DNA from: a virus | Taxonomy: Duplodnaviria > Caudoviricetes | Virus record (IMG/VR): IMGVR_UViG_3300032332_000777 | Coordinates: 1 to 24,662 of that record | DNA: 24,662 nt | Strand: one strand, 5' to 3' | In this document: positions 1 through 6,527 of the stretch, piece by piece | How the letters are laid out: each line of letters starts with the position of its first letter | How positions within the stretch are numbered: the first letter of the stretch is position 1 | Notes under the pieces: model-generated | The model's input: the letters and a program-made list of their open reading frames with translations, nothing else | What the model was told of the DNA's origin: nothing | Databases searched by the model: none | Program-made: the position numbers and the translations under genes

Positions 1-2
1 AA

Positions 3-119
3 GTTGTTTCTTCTAAAAGAGCTATCTTGCATACCCCATACGAGATATCTTGTAGCTGCCACTAACGATGTGGCAGCATCGCATAGCTCTTTTAGAAGAA
101 ACAACCTTTCGATTGTTTC
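3..119 (-). ncRNA. Candidate structured non-coding RNA or leader (may continue beyond the window edge)
   Basis: Perfect 23-bp inverted repeat 3-25/83-105 enclosing an 8-bp hairpin (55-62/70-77); alternative GAAA-tetraloop hairpin at 98-119; lies downstream of a sigma70 promoter and a boxA-like motif, with no ORF. Confidence 0.5.
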
Positions 120-130
120 AACAGTTTCTA

Positions 131-145
131 ACAATGTCAAACAGC
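131..145 (-). promoter_or_regulatory. boxA-like antitermination motif GCTGTTTGACATTGT
   Basis: Resembles rrn-leader boxA (TGCTCTTTAACA; GCTGTTTGACA-type in alphaproteobacteria); about 20 nt downstream of the -10 box. Confidence 0.45.
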
Positions 146-165
146 GTAGTCTTTATTCTTCAATT

Positions 166-194
166 AGTATAGCTGACTACTAAAAAGTAGTCAA
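166..194 (-). promoter_or_regulatory. sigma70-type promoter TTGACT-N17-TATACT with internal 8-bp inverted repeat
   Basis: -35 at 189-194, -10 at 166-171, 17-nt spacer; TGACTACT-N4-AGTAGTCA at 174-193. Confidence 0.8.
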
Positions 195-198
195 CCAT

Positions 199-229
199 AA
201 AAAAAGGCGGGAGCCTTTCGGTCCCGCCT
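199..229 (-). terminator. Rho-independent terminator
   Basis: AGGCGGGA-CC-GAAA-GG-C-TCCCGCCT followed by a T-run on the minus strand, just after the stop of the 251..532 gene. Confidence 0.9.
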
Positions 230-250
230 GGTTGGTAGATTAACTACCGA

Positions 251-532
251 TCAGACAGAACGAAACTTTGCGGCATTTGGTCCTAGAGCTTCACTACCCA
301 AAGCTGCAATGCCAGCAGCAACGATAGCACGCGAAGGAGCGCCGAGGCGGTACTTCGACTTTACGCGACCCTTGGTATCGGTATGACGATTAAGATAAAT
401 CGCATAACCCTGCTCGCGAAGGTAGTGTACGACACGATGAGGATTACCCGCACCGAAACGTGCACCAATCTGCTTAGCAGTAAGCTTTTCGCCATTCAAA
501 AATGCATTCAACACACGATCAGTCTTAGACAT
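251..532 (-). CDS. Small basic protein, probable winged-helix/HTH DNA-binding protein
   Basis: ORF with GGAG RBS before MSKTDRV (start moved from 544 to 532); LTAKQIGARFG...VVHYLREQGY pattern is HTH-like. Confidence 0.6.
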   Translation of the reverse strand: MSKTDRVLNAFLNGEKLTAKQIGARFGAGNPHRVVHYLREQGYAIYLNRHTDTKGRVKSKYRLGAPSRAIVAAGIAALGSEALGPNAAKFRSV

Positions 533-551
533 TGGATTCTCCATTTCACTT

Positions 552-559
552 TATTTATA
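552..559 (-). promoter_or_regulatory. T4-type late promoter TATAAATA
   Basis: Exact gp55 consensus, intergenic, about 20 nt upstream of the 532 start. Confidence 0.65.
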
Positions 560-582
560 CGGCTTATTCAACCGTAGATCAT

Positions 583-611
583 ATTCTAGCGTCTTTTTTC
601 ATAAAAGACAA
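583..611 (-). promoter_or_regulatory. sigma70-type promoter TTGTCT-N17-TAGAAT
   Basis: -35 at 606-611, -10 at 583-588; internal inverted repeat GTCTTTT-N5-AAAAGAC at 591-609. Confidence 0.65.
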
Positions 612-620
612 CGTTTATTT

Positions 621-794
621 TCACAAAATGTCAACTATTTTGCCATTTTGATCTACAGCACGAATGCGGTAGTTCGGATAGCAGCTTTGAAGTGACTTCA
701 TAGCCGCCAAAATCTTTTGTGACTGATTCAACGTGTATTGAATCGTACGCCACATACCAGAAGTGTCTTGAGCTTGAATTGATATTCTATCCAT
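621..794 (-). CDS. Hypothetical protein, 57 aa (MDRISIQAQDTSGMWRT...RIRAVDQNGKIVDIL); absent from the ORF track
   Basis: Manual translation; TGATG stop/start overlap with the upstream gene; fills the gap exactly. Confidence 0.8.
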   Translation of the reverse strand: MDRISIQAQDTSGMWRTIQYTLNQSQKILAAMKSLQSCYPNYRIRAVDQNGKIVDIL

Positions 795-1165
795 CAACCT
801 CTCCGCATTTTAGCGATATCTTCAGCATCTTGCTTCTTAAACACAGGCACCATATTGGACTTGTGCATCGTAGCGATGCCAATCAGCGTCATCTCGCCCG
901 AGTAAACTTTCTCTTCTGGTTTCGCACAAACGCCAGGAGCCATACCAGACTTCGTGAACGCCGAACGATCAACAACCATAGACTTAGTATACTCGTTGCG
1001 CCATAATTTATCAAGCACTTTTTTATCAGACTTGACACCTTTGGTCATTTTCTCAACCCACTCCTGATGAGCAGCGAGTTGAAGCTTCTGCTTACCCGTA
1101 AGCTTTGACTTTCGCTTACGGGTGCTCGTTGTAGAAACGAACGCAGGCAGAATATGCATACTCAT
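794..1165 (-). CDS. Conserved T4-like phage hypothetical protein (basic)
   Basis: C-terminal GIATMHKSNMVPVF...IAKMRR motif recalled from T4-like phages; coupled to both neighbours. Confidence 0.75.
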   Translation of the reverse strand: MSMHILPAFVSTTSTRKRKSKLTGKQKLQLAAHQEWVEKMTKGVKSDKKVLDKLWRNEYTKSMVVDRSAFTKSGMAPGVCAKPEEKVYSGEMTLIGIATMHKSNMVPVFKKQDAEDIAKMRRG

Positions 1166-1380
1166 TAGCTGCGCTCCACCTTGTCAAGCAGTCGCTCAAG
1201 GTAGGCAATTTCCTCACGAATACCCTGAGCATAACCTTTCTCGTGACCACGACGAGCTAGATCAGGATCTTCGTCATACATCGCTAACAGCCTACGACTA
1301 TCAGTGATACGCTTATATAGCTCGTCAACCAACTCTCGCAGGGCGACTACTGGGTCTTTGGCAAAGAATGTATCAGACAT
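1165..1380 (-). CDS. Hypothetical protein (helical)
   Basis: TAATG overlaps at both ends. Confidence 0.75.
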   Translation of the reverse strand: MSDTFFAKDPVVALRELVDELYKRITDSRRLLAMYDEDPDLARRGHEKGYAQGIREEIAYLERLLDKVERS

Positions 1381-1781
1381 TAGTGCATCTCCGCAGAAGT
1401 GTCGTACCAGTTGTCAGTTTCGAAACGACTGTCAGTGTCGAGATCGCTTTCGACACTATGAGGCCAGTAGTCTTCAACGTCAAGAGCCTCACGATACTCG
1501 CCGTAGTAGCCGTAGTACTCCTCGTCGGTCATCAGAGCCTCACAGATAGCCCAGAGGTCACCATCCTGATGGAGGTGCCACACATTGTCTTTCTCGTCAA
1601 CATAGGTAGCAGCTCCGAGCACGGCATCCCAGGCATCCCAGTAGTGCTCATGATCGGGTCCAGCGGCGAGAATTTCGAGATCTTCGGCTTTTACGCCATC
1701 CCAATGCGCTCCGAAGTCGGCGAAGTCACGAGGGATATAGACGCCACGAGAATCAGACAACAGCAGGTTCATACCAGACAT
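1380..1781 (-). CDS. Hypothetical acidic protein
   Basis: TAATG coupling, GAGG RBS, D/E/W/Y-rich sequence. Confidence 0.8.
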   Translation of the reverse strand: MSGMNLLLSDSRGVYIPRDFADFGAHWDGVKAEDLEILAAGPDHEHYWDAWDAVLGAATYVDEKDNVWHLHQDGDLWAICEALMTDEEYYGYYGEYREALDVEDYWPHSVESDLDTDSRFETDNWYDTSAEMH

Positions 1782-1882
1782 TAGCGGACCTCATTGATAT
1801 GAGAGATAGTCATAGCGATCAGAAGGCCAATCGCAAGCACCAGAAACGGACCGAACACGAGTAGGGTTTCAACCGTAGACAT
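1781..1882 (-). CDS. Small membrane protein, 33 aa (MSTVETLLVFGPFLVLAIGLLIAMTISHINEVR); absent from the ORF track
   Basis: GGAGG RBS, first ORF after the promoter, one hydrophobic segment, TAATG overlap with the next gene. Confidence 0.75.
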   Translation of the reverse strand: MSTVETLLVFGPFLVLAIGLLIAMTISHINEVR

Positions 1883-1911
1883 TCAAACCTCCGTCAACCA
1901 ACCTATCACTT

Positions 1912-1940
1912 ATTCTAGCACGATTCTGGATATTAAGCAA
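1912..1940 (-). promoter_or_regulatory. Early promoter TTGCTT-AATATC-N11-TAGAAT
   Basis: 17-nt spacer, A-tract upstream, shares AATATC with the promoters at 2588 and 2854. Confidence 0.75.
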
Positions 1941-1953
1941 GCACTTTTTTTGA

Positions 1954-2136
1954 CTAGGTAACGATAGTTTTCCAACCAAAGATCGGACTGAACCTAAGCA
2001 AGCCACATTGGCCGTTCGGTTTGAACAGCTGTAGGGTCGCCTCAAAGCCAGCAGACTCAACCTTGGCTATAGCCGCCGACAGGTCATTGCCGCTGTAGAT
2101 GGTGTTACCGAAATTCGTGAGGATAGCTACGAACAT
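1954..2136 (-). CDS. Hypothetical protein
   Basis: AGGAG RBS, in operon with upstream small genes. Confidence 0.7.
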   Translation of the reverse strand: MFVAILTNFGNTIYSGNDLSAAIAKVESAGFEATLQLFKPNGQCGLLRFSPIFGWKTIVT

Positions 2137-2145
2137 GTTGATCTC

Positions 2146-2319
2146 CTAGAGGTCGAGAGCTTCTGCAGGGACGCCGAGGACTCGTTCCTCGATCACAGGG
2201 TAGCCACCTAGCCAGTCAGCGGCTGCGAAGGCTTCCTGAGCCTCCTGGGCGGAGGCGTAGACACCGAGGCACGCATGCCCCTCATATTCATAGCCGACGA
2301 GAAGAACGTATACAACCAT
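2146..2319 (-). CDS. Hypothetical protein, 57 aa (MVVYVLLVGYEYEG...LGVYAS)
   Basis: AGGAG RBS supports a start at 2319 rather than 2364. Confidence 0.7.
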   Translation of the reverse strand: MVVYVLLVGYEYEGHACLGVYASAQEAQEAFAAADWLGGYPVIEERVLGVPAEALDL

Positions 2320-2332
2320 AGCAAAGCTCCTG

Positions 2333-2536
2333 TTAGGCGTAGGTAGCGAAGCGAACGCCACCAACAGTCATTTCAATCAGGTACCGATCGTACTCAACGA
2401 GAGGATCAGAGTCGGGGTAGTCCCGAACGTAAACCTCAGCCTCAAGGTAGGTAGGGAAGGACGCCAGAGCGTCAGGAAGCTCATCAGAGCCGTAGAACGA
2501 ACCGTAGACGGTAAAAGCTTTCGGGAATGCGGACAT
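2333..2536 (-). CDS. Hypothetical acidic protein
   Basis: GGAG RBS, first gene after the promoter at 2588-2616. Confidence 0.7.
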   Translation of the reverse strand: MSAFPKAFTVYGSFYGSDELPDALASFPTYLEAEVYVRDYPDSDPLVEYDRYLIEMTVGGVRFATYA

Positions 2537-2587
2537 TGCTAAGCTCCAGTCAGTAGGGGCGAACTGCCCGTTTCAACCTATATTCTT

Positions 2588-2616
2588 ACTCTAACGCAGT
2601 TCGGGATATTGATCAA
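2588..2616 (-). promoter_or_regulatory. Early promoter TTGATC-AATATC-N11-TAGAGT
   Basis: 17-nt spacer, directly after a terminator, followed by GTTGAAACGG. Confidence 0.7.
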
Positions 2617-2618
2617 CC

Positions 2619-2661
2619 AAAAAGAAAGCTTGGCAATAACTTTTTTTATTATTGCCAAGCT
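2619..2661 (-). terminator. Rho-independent terminator
   Basis: 13-bp perfect stem AGCTTGGCAATAA/TTATTGCCAAGCT (2627-2639/2649-2661) followed by TTCTTTTT on the minus strand. Confidence 0.75.
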
Positions 2662-2669
2662 AGAGTTAG

Positions 2670-2825
2670 CTATCCAGCTTCAACTTGGCTTTCCCAAGCC
2701 TTAATCAAAGCTTCATAATTGATATCATAGGGAAGGTTAAGCTTAGCAAGGCCAACAAGGTACTCAACCTTGGCTTCAGCCGAATCAAGCGCCTTAAACG
2801 TTTCAAAAATGTAATCAAGGGTCAT
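2670..2825 (-). CDS. Hypothetical protein, 51 aa (MTLDYIFETFKALDSAEAKVEYL...AWESQVEAG); absent from the ORF track
   Basis: Own promoter, GGAG RBS and terminator; manual translation is open. Confidence 0.8.
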   Translation of the reverse strand: MTLDYIFETFKALDSAEAKVEYLVGLAKLNLPYDINYEALIKAWESQVEAG

Positions 2826-2853
2826 TTTTCAGTTCTCCGTTTCAACTCTTTTT

Positions 2854-2882
2854 ATCTTACCGCAGAAACTGATATTAGGCAA
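2854..2882 (-). promoter_or_regulatory. Early promoter TTGCCT-AATATC-N11-TAAGAT
   Basis: 17-nt spacer; followed by GTTGAAACGG and an RBS. Confidence 0.7.
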
Positions 2883-2885
2883 GCA

Positions 2886-3104
2886 CTATTTTTGATCCAT
2901 TTCACCCGACTTGATCTTGACAATCTCTGCCAAAAAGAACCTGAGCTTGTCTTTAGCTGGGTAATATCGATCCTCGGCGATTTTAATCATCTGTTTATAA
3001 TTGCAGTACTTTTCTTCCTGCCACATATCATCACGTGCGTCGATCATTTCCTCGAGCGCCTCTATGAGGTAATCAATGTCGTCTTTCGGGTCCAACTTCA
3101 ACAT
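2886..3104 (-). CDS. Hypothetical protein
   Basis: Helical charged ORF; start uncertain (3104 to 3134). Confidence 0.65.
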   Translation of the reverse strand: MLKLDPKDDIDYLIEALEEMIDARDDMWQEEKYCNYKQMIKIAEDRYYPAKDKLRFFLAEIVKIKSGEMDQK

Positions 3105-3420
3105 CCTTCTCATCTGTGGGCAGATCATCAACAATGATATATTTCGCCGATGTGTCGAATTCGCTATAGGCTCTGAGAATTTTCCTCACAGACACCAATC
3201 GGTCAATGACCTTGTTGATTGTGCCCTGAACAATTTCATCGTTCTGTCCTTCTTCAAGATCAGTGATAGCCGCCTGAAGGTTGGAGTCAGCCGAATAATC
3301 GACCATAAAAATGACGTCTTTTTCTTTTTGAGTTTTCAAAGGAGGAAAAAGAATGTTCTTAATTTCCTCCAATTTTTCTTCAGCCGTGGTCTTTGGCTTC
3401 GCCTTAAACATTTCAAACAT
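3073..3420 (-). CDS. Hypothetical protein
   Basis: GGAGG RBS before MFEMFKAK supports a start at 3420. Confidence 0.75.
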   Translation of the reverse strand: MFEMFKAKPKTTAEEKLEEIKNILFPPLKTQKEKDVIFMVDYSADSNLQAAITDLEEGQNDEIVQGTINKVIDRLVSVRKILRAYSEFDTSAKYIIVDDLPTDEKDVEVGPERRH

Positions 3421-3442
3421 ATTCACTCCTCCATAACAAAAA

Positions 3443-3844
3443 TTATTCTGGTTTCTTTCTGCCAATATTATACTTAGCAACAAGTTCCCACTCACTCTTT
3501 TCCTTATGAGGGAGAATTTTAATTTGACTCATTGGCGTTCTTGGATCTTTAATTTTATCAGAATCTACAACTTTGATTAAATTCCAGTCTTCAAGAAGCT
3601 GGCATATGGTGTTTCTACGCCCAATGTCTTCAGTACTGAAATTCGTTGGCTTGCCATCAAGAGCGAAAAGCTCTTTAAAATGAACGATATAATATCTACC
3701 CTGCTTATGAAGAATATGACAGGATTGATAAAGCTTGTGATCTTTTCTGGAAGCGACGCCGATACGTGTAAGAGTTTCTTTAATCTTTAGAAAGTCTTCT
3801 TCTTCTGCAATTTTCACTTCGATTAGTGAATCGACTATAGACAT
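3443..3844 (-). CDS. regA: RegA translational repressor
   Basis: DFLKIKETLTRIGVAS...LYQSCHILHKQGRYYIVHFKELFALDG...WELVAKYNIG; position after gp62. Confidence 0.97.
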   Translation of the reverse strand: MSIVDSLIEVKIAEEEDFLKIKETLTRIGVASRKDHKLYQSCHILHKQGRYYIVHFKELFALDGKPTNFSTEDIGRRNTICQLLEDWNLIKVVDSDKIKDPRTPMSQIKILPHKEKSEWELVAKYNIGRKKPE

Positions 3845-3850
3845 TGTAAC

Positions 3851-3897
3851 ACCTCATAATTATTGTTATTATTTTTGTCAACGATGAGGTATTTATT
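3851..3897 (-). promoter_or_regulatory. regA leader: late-promoter-like AATAAATA plus RBS-sequestering inverted repeat
   Basis: AATAAATA at 3890-3897; ACCTCAT/ATGAGGT inverted repeat at 3851-3857/3884-3890 covering the GAGGT RBS. Confidence 0.5.
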
Positions 3898-3909
3898 AAA
3901 TTTTATGTT

Positions 3910-4287
3910 TTACCTTACCAGTGCGTTTCCCTTGACCTTATCCTTTATATATTCAAGCTGCTGCTTGTTCAAAAGTGGCATAGCCTCCTTTGCCTTTTGG
4001 TAGCCGTAGTTAAAATATATTTTCACAGCTTCTAAATCAGCATCTTTGTCTTTCTTTTTCCACTTTGAATATCTCTTTTGTTTTCTAACAGAATGAAAAA
4101 GATAGTCATGCTGGAGCAGAGGATCAAGATGATAATTCATATTCATCTCTTGAGCATGACCGATCGTATCTTTGAAATACGACAGTCCATTGTTAACAAG
4201 GTAAGCGTTATACGTTTTCTCATTCGAATCGTCAATCAAACGATTCTTGTTATATGTGATCGAATTGATGACATCAAATGGGCTCAT
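3910..4287 (-). CDS. gp62: Clamp loader small subunit (T4 gp62-like)
   Basis: SPFDVINSI...YNAYLVNNGLSYFKDT...RKQKRYSKW...YGYQKAKEA; ATGA overlap with gp44. Confidence 0.93.
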   Translation of the reverse strand: MSPFDVINSITYNKNRLIDDSNEKTYNAYLVNNGLSYFKDTIGHAQEMNMNYHLDPLLQHDYLFHSVRKQKRYSKWKKKDKDADLEAVKIYFNYGYQKAKEAMPLLNKQQLEYIKDKVKGNALVR

Positions 4288-5222
4288 TGAAATTCACAGT
4301 CCTTCATAATTTCAGTCAGACAAGCGACGAGATTGATTTCTGGGTTAGCGCAGAAAGCAGCCTGATATTGATACTTAGCAATAATCAATACAAGCTGTGC
4401 GACGCCTGTAGGCTCGAGGAAATTTGAAGCTTGCTCATAAAGCTTGCGATAAATTTCATTTTGATCAAGATCAATATTGTTCGCAACCCACTTACGGATC
4501 TCGGTGAAGTTCTTATCACGAAGAAGATCGAGCAGTTCCTTGATCGAAATTTCCTGCATATTTGCAAGGATACCTGAATCAATAGAGCCTGTGGCTGAAT
4601 AACGCTGTAGTTCGTTAAGAACACGACGCCAGTCAGGAAAATGCTTCTTGATTACCTCAGCGACCACAGCTGATTCATACTTAATAGATTCAGTATTAAG
4701 AATGACATTTACCCGCTTCATAAACTGCATAGCGAGCTTGGCCATATCCTTCTTAGAAATCTTGAAGTCTACGACAGAGCACCGAGAATGTAGCGGTTCA
4801 ATGATTCGGTTCTTATAGTTGCAAGTGAGGATGAAACCACAATTTCGTGAGAACTCTTCCATAAAATTGCGGAGGGCAGGTTGAGTTGAGTTTGCGTTAA
4901 GGTAATCGGCTTCATCCAATATGACATACTTTCGACCTCCGGAAAGCGATACTGTTGAGGCAAAATTGAGAATTTCATTCCGTAGTGTGTCGATACCACC
5001 ATACATAGATCCGTTCATTACGATATAATCACATTCAAGCTGCTCGAGCATAGCACGGGCGATGGTTGTTTTACCAACACCTGCAGAGCCAGAAAGGATT
5101 AGGTTGGGGATATTTTTCTGATCAACAAACTGTTGGAATACAGCCTTGAGCTCAACAGGTAGGATAGTTTCATCTACGGTCTTAGGACGATACTTTTCGA
5201 CCCAGAGGAATTCTTCAAGCAT
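4284..5222 (-). CDS. gp44: Clamp loader AAA+ subunit (T4 gp44-like)
   Basis: LWVEKYRP, Walker A GSAGVGKT, ILDEAD, SRC motif; start at MLEEF (5222). Confidence 0.97.
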   Translation of the reverse strand: MLEEFLWVEKYRPKTVDETILPVELKAVFQQFVDQKNIPNLILSGSAGVGKTTIARAMLEQLECDYIVMNGSMYGGIDTLRNEILNFASTVSLSGGRKYVILDEADYLNANSTQPALRNFMEEFSRNCGFILTCNYKNRIIEPLHSRCSVVDFKISKKDMAKLAMQFMKRVNVILNTESIKYESAVVAEVIKKHFPDWRRVLNELQRYSATGSIDSGILANMQEISIKELLDLLRDKNFTEIRKWVANNIDLDQNEIYRKLYEQASNFLEPTGVAQLVLIIAKYQYQAAFCANPEINLVACLTEIMKDCEFQ

Positions 5223-5223
5223 A

Positions 5224-5781
5224 TTAAGTCCCCAAAAAGTTTTTAAGAGTTGCATCATTATAACCATAAAACGGATACGTTGTACAGTTATATTTCGACT
5301 TAACAAAATAAGACATGGCGCTATCTAAATTATAAGTTAGATTAGCTGATGATTTATTATCAATCGCTATAGCAATTTCAATTATTGTATCCCATGGAAT
5401 CCATTTTACTTTATATGAATGAGATTCAAGAGAATAGCCACCTCTTTTAGCTTTACTTGCAGCTGGATGAGTTTCGTTCGGATTAGTACAACCAGTAAGC
5501 TCTTTGAAAAACCTTCTAATCCTTTGATTGACACAATATTTAGATTCACCAACATAAAGACATTCATCAATTCCGTCTTTTGATGCGTATATGGTGTATA
5601 TTCCTGTCGAATAACTTGGAATGTTCGGCGAACATGTTATACTTAACCTTGGTTCTAAAAAACCATTCTCGTTAGAAAGAACGATCCTAGCGTCAACCGA
5701 TTGGAAAGGCATATTCAATCCAATCTTAACAATTTTTGACATCAGTAATTTTCTATTTTTGGAAAGATACATCTGATACAT
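5224..5781 (-). CDS. GIY-YIG superfamily nuclease-like protein
   Basis: TGIYTIY...LYVGES...QRIRRF and C-terminal SKYN match the GIY-YIG core; start uncertain (5742, 5781 or 5793). Confidence 0.65.
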   Translation of the reverse strand: MYQMYLSKNRKLLMSKIVKIGLNMPFQSVDARIVLSNENGFLEPRLSITCSPNIPSYSTGIYTIYASKDGIDECLYVGESKYCVNQRIRRFFKELTGCTNPNETHPAASKAKRGGYSLESHSYKVKWIPWDTIIEIAIAIDNKSSANLTYNLDSAMSYFVKSKYNCTTYPFYGYNDATLKNFLGT

Positions 5782-5808
5782 CACACACCTCATAAAGTGA
5801 GAGGGACT

Positions 5809-5837
5809 AATATAGCCCCTCTCTTATCAAACGTCAA
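5809..5837 (-). promoter_or_regulatory. sigma70-type promoter TTGACG-N17-TATATT overlapped by a hairpin
   Basis: -35 at 5832-5837, -10 at 5809-5814; GAGAGGGG-CTATATTAG-TCCCTCTC hairpin at 5799-5823. Confidence 0.65.
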
Positions 5838-5838
5838 G

Positions 5839-6501
5839 TTAATTATAAGTTGAATTAGCTTCAACGGCAATCCAGAATTCGATATTTTCCCCCTTGAAGT
5901 GAGAAAGACCACGAGAACAGATAGAAATATCATATTCACCAGGAATAATCTTGATATTTTCAGACTTGAACAAAGCACGAAACGTCTTATCAGTGGTACC
6001 AATTACGACAGAAAAAGTATCGCTTGTTACATTCTTAGAGTCAACTGCCTGAAGGTAAACATTAGTTCCGTCACCAACAACAGCGATTTCAGGAACATCA
6101 AGAATACCAAGCTGCTTCTGAACAGCACGAAGATTTGTAGCATTAATCTTACAGCTAGCATCTACAGTAGGAAGCACAAGAAGCTTTTCTGGCGGAACCT
6201 TAATACCTGACTCGTCAGCATAAGACAAACGTGTGCTTTCTGTTTTTCCAGCTTCCTTAATGACAACGTGACTGTCATTAAAAGTCAACTCGGCATTTTC
6301 ATAAGAAGTTACAGAGTTGATGAACCGACCAAGGTTATACATAGCAAAACGCTGTGTGAAAGTATCTGGCACGGTCGCTCGCGCGAGCACGGTCTTATTG
6401 GTAGAAATAGTGGAAAGAACGTTTCCTTCCTTGACGACCAAGGAAGGATTGATTGAGTAAAAGTTCTTAAGGACTTCGAGAGTTTTCGCATTCAAATTCA
6501 T
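5839..6501 (-). CDS. gp45: Sliding clamp (T4 gp45-like)
   Basis: TLEVLKNFYSINPSL...FAMYNLGRF...FKSENIKIIPGEYDI...FWIAVE; AAGGAG RBS; synteny with gp44/gp62/regA. Confidence 0.96.
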   Translation of the reverse strand: MNLNAKTLEVLKNFYSINPSLVVKEGNVLSTISTNKTVLARATVPDTFTQRFAMYNLGRFINSVTSYENAELTFNDSHVVIKEAGKTESTRLSYADESGIKVPPEKLLVLPTVDASCKINATNLRAVQKQLGILDVPEIAVVGDGTNVYLQAVDSKNVTSDTFSVVIGTTDKTFRALFKSENIKIIPGEYDISICSRGLSHFKGENIEFWIAVEANSTYN

Positions 6502-6527
6502 AATATAGTCTCCTTCAGATTTTCAGA

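Noticed and set aside
26-82. tRNA within the left-edge structure
   Set aside because: No TTCGA T-loop, D-arm or CCA arrangement; the 7-nt loop sits on an 8-bp stem
1495-1520. Short tandem CCGTAGTA repeat
   Set aside because: Two copies encoding YYGYYG within a CDS; trivial
115-2846. CRISPR array or solitary CRISPR repeats suggested by GTTGAAAC
   Set aside because: Only 8-12 nt shared, irregular spacing, no repeat hairpin upstream; better explained as a promoter-linked motif
5223-5306. N-terminal extension of gp44 in the ORF track (similar extensions at 3421-3495 and 2320-2364)
   Set aside because: Overlaps upstream genes; family N-terminus or RBS position points to the downstream ATG
5799-5823. 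Intrinsic terminator after gp45
   Set aside because: The hairpin lacks a convincing U-tract (ACTTTAT) and overlaps a good promoter; kept only as part of that feature
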